In this document: positions 54,895 to 64,000 of the stretch, one piece after another | Position numbering within the stretch: position 1 is the first letter of the stretch | How the letters are laid out: each line of letters begins with the position of its first letter | Assembly (NCBI GenBank): GCA_047459655.1 | Contig: JAJREF010000005.1 | Location: 128,001-192,000, forward strand | Reading direction: 5' to 3' | Length of the DNA stretch: 64,000 nucleotides | DNA from: Rhabdochlamydiaceae bacterium | GTDB taxonomy: Bacteria; Chlamydiota; Chlamydiia; Chlamydiales; Rhabdochlamydiaceae | Translations under genes and position numbers: made by a program | The notes under the pieces: model-generated | Seen by the model: only the letters and a program-made list of their open reading frames with translations | Told to the model about the DNA's origin: nothing | Database searches by the model: none

Positions 54895-55826
54895 TTAGAC
54901 TTTAGCAGATAAAAGAGGGAGAATGTCTTCCTGTGGCAGCGCAGTTGCAAGCGCAACCTGGTCTACTGAAAAGCCTTTTTCAAGCATAGCTTTGGCGGTT
55001 TCGATAAGCGCTGCTTGACGCCCTTCTTCGCATCCTTTCTTATGCCCCTCCTGAAGGCCTTCCTCATGTCCTTTCCTACGCCCTTCTCGGTGGCCTTCTT
55101 CACGTGCCTCTGTTTTAGCAGCGTCTATCATGCCTTGCGCATCTGCGGTATTCATAATGAGCTTTTCATACCATTGAAGCTCCCCTTCTGTCCAATGGTA
55201 GCGATCTAAGATTTCATAGGCTGCTTTAATTTCAGGATGGTTGGAAAGGACCGCTTCGATGTCCTTGCTCTCATCGGCGTGTTTGAGGAAATAGTACCAT
55301 CTGTCTTCAATGGTTTTGAGTTCTTCAAGGGTTTTTGTGAATTTTGGTAGTTCTACAAAGGTAAAATAAAAGTCCTTGAGATCGTTTTCATGGGAAAGGT
55401 TGTCTAGAATGACATGGTCAGATTTATACCCTTCTTTTTTCAGGAAAGACAACATAGTCAGTAATGGCTAAAAAAACAACTTTTTTCAAATCGGGGTATT
55501 TTTGCCTGCGCCAAAGTGAGCGCAATACGTTTTCGCAGCATAGTACTGCGCTCTTTTTTCAAAACCCTCGACTTTGGCAACTTGCATCTCGATGATATAT
55601 TTAACACCTGATTGATCTTCTACAAGAACATCCACAATGCTTTCCTTTCTGGCTTCAATTTCAGGAGCTTGTTTGGTGTTAAGAAACTCAAGAGAAATGA
55701 TTTTGTGCTTTCCTGTTAAATGAAATACAGCATTGAGAAAATCTATCGGAATACGTTTGTGCTTTTCAGCTCCAAACACTTTTTAAATGCTAAATCGTTT
55801 CTGGGATCTAAATATCTTGTAGACAT
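54895..55826 (-). CDS. Rpn family PD-(D/E)XK recombination-promoting nuclease/putative transposase (frameshifted)
   Basis: 'YLDPRNDLAFK..FG', 'SIVDVLV', 'IIEMQ', 'KRAQYY', 'FVELPKF', 'EG..EG..KG' C-terminal repeats. Confidence 0.92.
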
Positions 55827-55876
55827 AGCATGAATCTAGCACGAAAGGAATTGGAAGACAATTTTTTTGATGGAAA

Positions 55877-55901
55877 GCCTCTTGCATAGATTGCAAGAGG
55901 C
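55877..55901. repeat. Short perfect hairpin upstream of rpn
   Basis: GCCTCTTGCA-TAGAT-TGCAAGAGGC. Confidence 0.55.
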
Positions 55902-56005
55902 CTGGATAAGCGCTACGTTCTTTTTTGTAGTATTTATGTCAAACATGATTTCTTAGAAAGCAGAAATTTATACGTTTGAATTGGAAAATCATATACACTG
56001 AGGAG

Positions 56006-57062
56006 ATGTTCACCTCAGAAATATCTCAACAAACAAGTAAAAATCCGCAGGTAAATCACCGCTCCTCTTTTGATGCGCAGGTCGGTAATCTGATCGGCAG
56101 CGCCGTCTCTTACTTTAGACAGATCACGCGCAGGTATGCTGTTTTCAATATGGGTTTTTTTCTTCTTGGTCTTTTTGAGGTTTTGGGGTTGATTCTTTTT
56201 TTCCATTTTTTGCACACTCTTCTCTTGTAGCTTTTGCTCTCGGAGCGATTTTTTTGACAGGTTTTGCTTATTTTATTCTTCGATTTTATTTAGAAGCAAA
56301 AAAGCCAGAGCAGTTTCTTCAGCTGAAAAAAGAATTTATCAGAATCTTGCCGGGACTGCTTTCTTATGAAGAAAAAGAATCGGGAAGCCATCTGCAGATC
56401 ACTCATATTGTCTACAGTTTACTGGAGCATCTTGAAGGACAAGAATGTCAATATTATGCGGCGTCTATTTATTTTAAATCGCTGCAACCTCTTTTAGAAA
56501 AATTCAGCCTGTGGTGTCATTGGCATGATACTCATCAGATGAAAGAGCTCTTACATTTTTACTGTATCCAGCAGCGGATTGAGTGGATCAAATTAGAGCC
56601 GACAAATGTTGAGGCGCATGCTGCCTTAGCAAAAGCTTATGAAGCACTCTATAAGTTATATATCGACCCTCAAAGACTGGGGAAAATATTCCCTACACAT
56701 TTATCATGAAAGAATACCAATCCTCTTCTATGGTAGAAAAATTCCAGCGGTCAGCAGAAAGAGCTTTAGAAGAGCTAAAGATTTTAGATGCTTACATCCC
56801 CCAAGATCCTTGGATCCATTCTGAAATGGCTGCAATTTACCATGATTTACAACTTCCTGATCAAGAAATCACCGAATATGAAATGCTGAGACTTATTGTG
56901 CCAGATGATAAGGAAATCCTTTTTAAATTAGGGGTCCTCTATTTCCAGCAAGGCAGAAACGCGCAAGGGCTTCGATTATATGAAGAGCTCAGAAGGGCAA
57001 AAGATCCAAAAGCTGGAGCTTTAATTCATTTTTATGACGCCTATAATTCTTCGCATTCGTAA
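56006..57062 (+). CDS. Membrane-anchored TPR protein (frameshifted)
   Basis: GAGGAG RBS, two N-terminal TM segments, TPR 'ILFKLGVLYFQQGRNAQGL'. Confidence 0.75.
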
Positions 57063-57751
57063 ACAGTACTTTGTCTGTGGGGGCTTTTACAAGGAAGGTC
57101 ACTTTCAGATATATCTATGACTTCGTAGAGAGATCTTAAGGTAGCTTTTAGGGAGTTAATCCATAGATCTTTATTGGGGCTATGAGAAGAGAGGGGTGTG
57201 AGGAATTCTGTATGGGATCTTTCCTTCCGGTAGAGAGGTGTTTTCTTAGGGTGTAGTAGAAGTTCCATATGGGAAGGTTTAAAGTTCCATAGAAAAGAGG
57301 TGTGGTGTAGCCATCTGTCTTTTTTTATGTACTGCGCATTTCCACCGCATTTTTTGTTTCCAATCACGTAATCATTTTCTTTTAGAGAGATAAAAGGGAA
57401 TGCTTGGGCATAGATGGATGCTGACCATTTTAAAATAGGTTCTGGATAGGCGGGAAAAGGGTGGGAGGCCTTCTGGCAGATAAATGTCACAAAAATTGTT
57501 TCCTCATCGACAATCACGGTGCCACCTCCTGAGAAGCGTTTAATGATGGGGATGTTGCGAGACTGTGTTTTTGGAACGTCGATGAGTTCTCGTGTTTTTC
57601 CTGATATTCCCATGACAATTGCAGGAGAAGACCCTTCATTGATTAAACAAAAGTTGCGGCTATCGTGACGCAAAAGGGCTTCTTCGAGTTGCAGTTGGGA
57701 AAAGATGGGCATCCCTTTGAGGTGGAGAAGATAAAAGGGTATTGTGCTCAT
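57041..57751 (-). CDS. lplA: Lipoate-protein ligase A family protein
   Basis: 'KRFSGGGTV', 'NDYVIGNKKCGGNAQ', 'HHTSFL'. Confidence 0.88.
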   Translation of the reverse strand: MSTIPFYLLHLKGMPIFSQLQLEEALLRHDSRNFCLINEGSSPAIVMGISGKTRELIDVPKTQSRNIPIIKRFSGGGTVIVDEETIFVTFICQKASHPFPAYPEPILKWSASIYAQAFPFISLKENDYVIGNKKCGGNAQYIKKDRWLHHTSFLWNFKPSHMELLLHPKKTPLYRKERSHTEFLTPLSSHSPNKDLWINSLKATLRSLYEVIDISESDLPCKSPHRQSTVYECEEL

Positions 57752-57764
57752 AGGTTATACCATT

Positions 57765-59588
57765 TTAGGTATTACGTAAGTGCACCATCAGAACAAGAAT
57801 ATCAGCAGGAGAAATGCCTGAGATACGTGCGGCTTGTCCTAAGGTGGTTGGTTTAATTTTATGGAGTTTTTCTTTTGCTTCGTTGCCTAGTCCTTGAACA
57901 GAAAAATAATCAATATGTGAAGGGAGGAGCATCTCTTCGCTAGCTTTTAGTTTATCTGCTTCTTTCGACTGCCTTGCGATATAACCTGCATATTTTATTT
58001 CAAATTCAATGTGGAGGTTAATCTCAGGTGAGTGATGCTTGACGTGCTCAGGATGATGTTCGATTAATTTCTGATACGTCCATTCAGGGCGTGAAAGGAG
58101 CTGAGATAAAGAATTTGTTTTATCACCTGTTGGGATAAATTTCTTTTGCAATACAGTGATCTGCTCAGCAACGATTTGTTCTTTGAGGCGGAGTCTTTCT
58201 AGTTGGGTTTCATTGATTAGGCCTAGCGTGTATCCATAACGACGCAGTCTAATGTCTGCATTGTCTTGCCGGAGGAGCAAGCGATGTTCTGCTCTACTTG
58301 TAAACATGCGGTAGGGCTCATCGAGTTCTTTGGTGATCAATTCATCAATCATGACTCCAATGTATGACTCAGCGCGACTTAATTGAAATAAGGGTTTACC
58401 TAAGACTTTACAAGCGGCATTAATACCTGCAATTAGGCCTTGCCCTGCAGCTTCTTCGTAACCGGTAGTTCCGTTGATTTGCCCTGCAAAAAAAAGACCT
58501 TCAACTGTTTTTGTTTCTAAACAAGAAGTGAGCTGTCCTGAAATGACATAATCATATTCGATAGCATAGGCAGGACGCATGATTTCTGCTTTTTGTAGGC
58601 CAGGGATTGTATGGAGCATTTGTAGTTGCACATCAAAAGGAAGGGATGTAGAGATCCCATTGATATACATTTCTTGTGTTTGTACTCCTTCTGGTTCGAT
58701 GAAGAGTTGGTGTCTTTCTTTGTCTGCAAAACGCACAAACTTATCCTCAATAGAGGGGCAATAGCGGGGGCCTACGCTGTGGATTTTTCCTGAATACATC
58801 GGAGAGAGATGAAGGTTGTCTTGGACGACTTTTTTTGTTTCTTCAGAGGTGTAGGTGATATAGCAGGAGGCAGGAGGAAGCCCTTCCCCTTCTTTTGGAT
58901 CAAAAGAAAAACGAACTCCATGATCTCCATGTTGTTCTTCCATTTGAGAGAAATCCAAACTGCGACGGTTCACCCTAGGGGGCGTTCCTGTTTTCAAGCG
59001 CTTTAACTGAAATCCTAGCTTTGTGAGACTGGCAGAGAGGCCGATAGAAGGTAAATCTCCTGTTCTTCCGCCAGCAAAAGTGGTTGCTCCAATATGAATA
59101 AGCCCGCGCATAAAAGTGCCAGAAGAGATGATCACGGTTTTTCCTACATAGGCGATTCCTTCTACTGTTTCTACGCCGATAATTTTGCCATTTTCAACAA
59201 TGAGGGAATCGGTTGTACCTTGCTTGATGTAGAGGTTAGGTGTTTGCTCAAGTCTGTGTTTCATGGCTGTTTGATAGGCAAGCTTGTCGACTTGGGCTCT
59301 TGGAGACCAGACAGCAGGACCTTTGGAGGCATTCAACATCCGATATTGGATTGCGGTTTCTTCTGTTACTTTTCCCATGATGCCACCGAGTGCATCGATT
59401 TCTCGAACAATGTGTCCCTTTGCAGTTCCACCTACCGCAGGATTGCAGCTCAATTTGCAAATGGTATCGAGATTCATGGTGAGTAGGAGAGTGGAAGCTC
59501 CTATTTTTGCAGAGGCGTGAGCAGCCTCACAGCCTGCATGGCCTGCGCCTACAACAATGACATCGAACTGTTCTGGATATTTCCACAT
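57765..59588 (-). CDS. mnmG: tRNA uridine-5-carboxymethylaminomethyl modification enzyme
   Basis: '[12 protein letters not shown]', 'SCNPAVGG', 'LKTGTPPR', '[11 protein letters not shown]', '[14 protein letters not shown]'. Confidence 0.97.
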   Translation of the reverse strand: MWKYPEQFDVIVVGAGHAGCEAAHASAKIGASTLLLTMNLDTICKLSCNPAVGGTAKGHIVREIDALGGIMGKVTEETAIQYRMLNASKGPAVWSPRAQVDKLAYQTAMKHRLEQTPNLYIKQGTTDSLIVENGKIIGVETVEGIAYVGKTVIISSGTFMRGLIHIGATTFAGGRTGDLPSIGLSASLTKLGFQLKRLKTGTPPRVNRRSLDFSQMEEQHGDHGVRFSFDPKEGEGLPPASCYITYTSEETKKVVQDNLHLSPMYSGKIHSVGPRYCPSIEDKFVRFADKERHQLFIEPEGVQTQEMYINGISTSLPFDVQLQMLHTIPGLQKAEIMRPAYAIEYDYVISGQLTSCLETKTVEGLFFAGQINGTTGYEEAAGQGLIAGINAACKVLGKPLFQLSRAESYIGVMIDELITKELDEPYRMFTSRAEHRLLLRQDNADIRLRRYGYTLGLINETQLERLRLKEQIVAEQITVLQKKFIPTGDKTNSLSQLLSRPEWTYQKLIEHHPEHVKHHSPEINLHIEFEIKYAGYIARQSKEADKLKASEEMLLPSHIDYFSVQGLGNEAKEKLHKIKPTTLGQAARISGISPADILVLMVHLRNT

Positions 59589-59642
59589 AAGCTAGACGCT
59601 TAGTATATATCTTTGACGATCTTAGAGCAAGAAGGGATGGTT

Positions 59643-59686
59643 ATACCGTTTCCATTAAATATAAATTTATTTAATGGAAATGGTGT
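59643..59686 (-). terminator. Stem-loop immediately after the small basic gene
   Basis: ATACCGTTTCCATTAAATA-taaatt-TATTTAATGGAAATGGTGT. Confidence 0.6.
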
Positions 59687-59775
59687 TATTTAGTCTTATG
59701 ACGATCTCTACGGCTACGTTTTTTTCTTTTATGTTTAGCCATTTTATACTTTCTTTTCTTCTTTACTGATGACAT
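59686..59775 (-). CDS. Small basic protein, bS22 / AURKAIP1-COX24 (mS38)-like ribosomal protein (29 aa; not in ORF track)
   Basis: Hand translation MSSVKKKRKYKMAKHKRKKRSRRDRHKTK; GGAG 8 nt upstream of ATG. Confidence 0.85.
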   Translation of the reverse strand: MSSVKKKRKYKMAKHKRKKRSRRDRHKTK

Positions 59776-59888
59776 TCAAGATGCTCCGATATGTTAAATT
59801 TAATTTTAAAATTCTGGGAATATAAAAGACACATCCCCTCTTTTGCCTGTATCCTATAGCATTTGGTGTGATTTTTGCAACTGTAGTT

Positions 59889-61462
59889 TCAGGTAGCCAC
59901 TTCTTGAGGTTTGTTAGATTCAGTAGTGGGCTCTTCTTCTGGAAGGGCGATTGTTTCATCTTGTGAAACAAGCACGTTGAACTGTTTTCCTAGAGAGATA
60001 ACAGCGATCATCCAAGCAACGATGGCTAAAAGGAAGATGGCACCGACGTAGGGAACCGTTGAGCCTACGGTGCCTAGGAATATCAAGAGTGTCTGGTAGA
60101 TTAAAGCAGCGCCCGATTTTCCTAATCTAGATCCAACACCATCAATAGCGGCTTTCCCTTTTAACTTTGATTCTTTACTTAAGGGGATAAAGGCTAGCTC
60201 TTTTGTGGCGTCAAAAATAGTGTATTTGGAGGCTCTTGAAAAACAGTGTTGGAGAGAGCCAAAGAAGACGCCGATCATTTGAGGTGTGCTGCCTAGAACA
60301 AGAGAAATCATAAGCCCAAAAGAGGTGTTTTTAAAGATAAGAAAGGAGAAAAATCCAAGACCAGCAACGAGAAGGATAACAGGCGGGATAAGGGCATTAG
60401 CAGTCCAGCTCCATTTTCGGATAACAGTCGCAGATATGATGGCAACGATGGTTGCGGTGATCCCAATCCACATGGTGACTTTACCCATGTAGGCATTAAA
60501 ATCATTAGGATGGGGGCAGATCTGCAGGAGCTGATCTTTCCAAGTGACTTCTGTAAGGTTCATACAGATGTTATAAGTAAGCACGATAGTTGCAATGCAA
60601 AGTAAATATTTTGATTTAGCTAGGTAGCTAAAGGTCTTACGGAGACTTATCTTGAAGTCAGGTTTGTCGGTAGGGGGGCTGAGGTGGTGGGAGAAGTCTT
60701 GGTGTGTTAAAATATTTTTGTGTAGCCAGCGGAAAATCCCGATGATCAGAAAGCCACTAAAGATAATAACTGAGGTTAGTACTAAAAGAGAATATTGCCA
60801 TGGATCTGAACCGTGAAAGCTGCCCCAGTGGATCCCTAATTTAGAGATGACAGCTGATAAACTTCCAGCCCCAATGGCAGAGAGGTTACCGCCCACCAAA
60901 ATCAACACATAAAATCTTTTAGCCGTATGTACATTTAAAATTTCATTTGCAAAGCCCCAGAAGAGGACAGTCATGATGGTTGTTCCCCAGAGCTCTGCCA
61001 TCACATAGAAAGTGGTGTAGGTCCAGTTCCGGAGAAGTGCTACAAGTCCTTTACATCCAATAGGGAGCATGGTCTCCAGTTTGTCTGCAAATTCATGGGG
61101 ATGTAAATAATCTTTTAATGGGTAGAGAACTCCCGCAAAAAGGATGAAAAATCCTAAAAAGATGCTCATCATGATATAAAAAACTTTTTCTCTACTAAAA
61201 CGATTGGTCAACCTGGTAAACAGCAGGGTCATTAGCAGAGCCATGGGTAAGATTACCCATAGCTTAATAAAAGGAAGGATTTCCGCTCCTGAAGAGGGGG
61301 CAGTAATGACTAAAGAATCTTTTGCAGGTCGTAGAACGTTATAATTAAAACAAATGAAAAGAAAATTAACACCAGGGGGAGGAAGAGCTTCAGCTCACTC
61401 TTATGGACAGGGCAGAACAAAGAACGAAACTTACCAAATCCCTGAGAAGAGGATGTGCTCAT
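59889..61462 (-). CDS. Nucleotide transport protein (NTT/TLC, ATP/ADP translocase family; frameshifted near 5' end)
   Basis: 'FYVMAELWG..VLFWGFANEI', 'KYTIFDATKELAFIPL', 'KGKAAIDGVGSRLGKSG'. Confidence 0.93.
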
Positions 61463-61562
61463 CGAACTCCCGTATTGATGACTTCACTGAACTGGCGCGT
61501 AAAATATTTTTATATTTAAAATAAATATATGCGCTTCATTATAGAGGGTTTTTGTTTATATG

Positions 61563-63004
61563 TCAATCGGGCGAGAAGGCTGCAAAAGCGTCTTTATTAT
61601 CTTTGGCAAAGGAGGGGTTAGTAGAGGCAGCTGAGTAGTTAGCAAACTGAGCGACTTCTTTGCGGAAGGCCATATTGATAGTTCCTACGCCTCCATGACG
61701 ATTTTTAGCAACGATGAGCTCGGCCATCCCAGGCTTATCATAGGGGTCATAGTATTCCCGTCTTAACAGGAACATCACAACGTCAGAGTCTTGTTCGATG
61801 GATCCACTTTCTCGGAGATCACTCATCATAGGTCTATGTCCTTGCCTTTCTTCAACTTTACGCGAGAGCTGAGAGAGGCAAAGAATCGGGATGTCGAGCT
61901 CCCTAGCAAGCGTTTTGAGCATGCGCGATATTTCGGAAATCTCGCTTTGTCTATTTTCAACATTGCGAACATGTCCAGATCCAGACAGAAGCTGCAGGTA
62001 ATCAACAACAAGGAAGGAGATGTTATGCGACTCTTTCATGCGCCTAGCTCTTGCACGTAGATCGGTAATTTTGAGTCCCGGTTGGTCATCAATGATCAAT
62101 GTATGCTTTTGCATCCTGTTAACAGCGGTCACAATTTTTTGAAATTCGTTCCCATTTAGAGCGCCTGTTCTGATTTTATCAGATTCGACATCTGATTGAG
62201 AGCAAATGATCCGGTGTAAGAGTTGATCAGCTGTCATCTCTAAAGAGAATATTCCAACGGCTTGATGGTTTTTAAAGCAGACGTTTTCTACGATGTTCAG
62301 CGCAAGAGCTGTTTTCCCATCGCGGGGCGGGCTGCTAAGATCATTAAGTTAGAGGCCCCGAGGCCATTGATCATTTTATCAAGATCAATGAAATGGGTTG
62401 GAATCCCCGTGATCCCTAGATCCCCTTCTGTGCGACTTAAAAATTTTTCTTGCCTTTCTTGCAGCTCCTTTAAATACGGTAGCTTCGAAGGAGCTTTTGC
62501 ACCTGATAGGAGATCTTTGAGTTGAAGTCCTGCCACAGGGTTCGCTGATTGGCTGATGTTAAAAAATTTTTGTTGAGCTGTATCCAACGCATTATGGACA
62601 TCTTCTGGTTCATCAAAGGCTTGTTTTTCGACTTCCTGTGAAGCATAGATCATCCGCCGTAAAAGAGATTTATTGCGCACTAAATCGGCATACTCTTCAA
62701 TATACGCAGCCGTTCCTGCATACTGAGCAAGTGTTGTAACATAGCTAACGCCGCCTGCTGCATTGAGCTTTCCTGAGCGCTTTAGCTCTTCACAGATGAG
62801 GTGAACATCGGCAGGCTTATCTTGCTTATAGCAATTACGAAGAGCTTCAAAAATAAGCTTGTGTTCGTTGTAGTAAAAATCTGTTTCATCCAAGGAGTCA
62901 GCTGCGACATTTAAGCTGCCGATGGAGGTGAGCATGCAGCCCAAAACAATCATTTCTGATTCTTTGGAATTGGGTGGGATTTTTGTTTTTGAGTTCTCGT
63001 TCAT
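61563..63004 (-). CDS. dnaB: Replicative DNA helicase (frameshift ~62312)
   Basis: 'PPNSKESE..VLG', 'AARPAMGK', 'VDYLQL', 'LSQLSR', 'DLRESGSIEQDSD'. Confidence 0.97.
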
Positions 63005-63051
63005 ACTATAACCAGACAGTAAAAGAAAGCCTTGATTTGTTCCAGAAAAAT

Positions 63052-63138
63052 CGGAAAGAGTGGGATTTGAACCCACGGTACCCGTAAAGGTACGCGTCCT
63101 TAGCAGGGACGTGCCTTCGGCCGCTCAGCCATCTTTCC
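63052..63138 (-). tRNA. tRNA-Ser(GCT)
   Basis: Reverse complement GGAAAGATGGCTGAGCGG..CGTCC-CT-GCT-AA-GGACG, long variable arm, GGTTCAAATCC. Confidence 0.96.
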
Positions 63139-63198
63139 TTAAGGGAAACACTTTAGACCTTAGCTACGCAACAGGTCTTATCAGTTCGGAAGAGGTCT

Positions 63199-63226
63199 AT
63201 TATATTCTTTGAGAGGTATTAGTCAA
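63199..63226 (-). promoter_or_regulatory. Putative promoter of tRNA-Ser (and possibly dnaB)
   Basis: Minus strand TTGACT-N16-TATAAT about 60 nt upstream of the tRNA. Confidence 0.6.
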
Positions 63227-64000
63227 TGAGGATTGACGCTGATTAAAATAGAAAGAGAGAGGCCCGTGATCACTACGAGGGAAAAGAAAATACTTGTCTT
63301 GCCCAGCGATGATCATTGGAGCATGTAAATCCTTTTACACAAATCCAAAGCCACGTACTTCCAAGGATGCAGGCTGTCATCAGGTAGACATCCCCTACAT
63401 ATCCCAAGATAAAGGGCACTAGTGAGATACCTACAAAGGCGATTGTGTAGAAAAGCATCTGCACCTTGGTATGGAATATTCCTTTTTTATTTGGCAGAAC
63501 AGGAATAGACCCTGCAGCATAGTCCTCCAGGCGATAGATCGCAATCGCAAAGAAGTGAGGCATCTGCCAGAGAACCAATATAGCAAACAATAGAAGAGCG
63601 CATAGATCAAGAGCGTTAGATACAGCACAATATCCAACGACAGGTGGTATTGCCCCCGCTACACTTCCAATCAAAGTGAAGTGCACGGTTTTATATTTTG
63701 CAAAACTGTATAAGAAAACATACACAACGAGTCCTACAAGTGCAATGAGTGTAGCAAGAGGGTTTGTAAATATAAAAAGGCATCCTGCTCCAAGAAGGCC
63801 CAGAGAGGTTCCGAACGTAAGGGCCGACTTTTTCGATATGTCTCCTGTGACAAGAGAGCGATTTTTTGTTCTTTTCATTTTTTTATCTAGGTCACAGTCG
63901 ATGTAGTTGTTAAATACGCAAGCAGATGCCATGACAAGAGAAAGGCCCAGGAGAGTCGCTATACAAAGGGAAGGATTGAACGTTCCTTTTGCAGCCAGAA
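63223..64000 (-). CDS. cyoE: Protoheme IX farnesyltransferase (heme O synthase), 5' truncated by window
   Basis: 'NNYIDCDLDKKMKRTKNR', 'GAIPPVVGY', 'WQMPHF..I..EDY'. Confidence 0.93.

Noticed and set aside
59744..59971. 75-aa minus-strand ORF after the NTT gene
   Set aside because: Overlaps the NTT 3' end out of frame; the credible gene here is the 29-aa basic ORF at 59686-59775.
63005..63076. DnaB N-terminal extension 'MGSNPTLS'
   Set aside because: Translation of the tRNA-Ser T arm; the likely start is ATG at 63004.
63154..63199. TAGACCT...GGAAGAGGTCTA, a possible remnant of a palindromic element in the tRNA-Ser leader
   Set aside because: Match is too short and degenerate to support without a genome-wide consensus.
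1..64000. Mass pseudogenisation or programmed frameshifting suggested by the many split genes
   Set aside because: Breaks hit essential genes (rpoD, dnaB) and are mostly single-base indels in homopolymer runs while flanking protein motifs stay intact; this is typical of unpolished long-read assembly.

Overview
Chromosomal window from an environmental member of the phylum Chlamydiae (Chlamydiota). The evidence is an NTT/TLC nucleotide transporter, a MOMP-like porin and a CT623-like porin, and chlamydia-type gene orders (sdhCAB-tatD near tolQRAB-pal-LysM; rpoD near rpsT; ntt-dnaB-mnmG-lplA). Most of the window is core genome: end of the T2SS operon, rsmD, rlmD, recC/recB/recD, mutY, rpoD, rpsT, murI, Tol-Pal, tatD, sdhCAB, mnmG, dnaB, cyoE, tRNA-Ala(GGC) and tRNA-Ser(GCT). 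Many genes, including essential rpoD and dnaB, are split by single-base indels, mostly in homopolymer runs. I treat these as uncorrected long-read errors and report joined genes. Most notable: (1) a candidate chlamydial polymorphic toxin-immunity pair at 46662-49186 (signal peptide + TPR + pre-toxin-like region + unnamed C-terminal tip, coupled to an internally duplicated acidic partner) inserted between tolQ and tatD; (2) several families of short intergenic palindromic/MITE-like elements with shared termini and apparent target-site duplications, including a ~174-bp near-perfect hairpin; (3) a 29-aa bS22/mS38-like ribosomal protein gene missed by the ORF track; (4) an orphan FlgN-like protein upstream of two tandem TagF-like glycerophosphotransferases; (5) several candidate secreted effectors. 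All family assignments come from motif recognition by eye; no searches were run.
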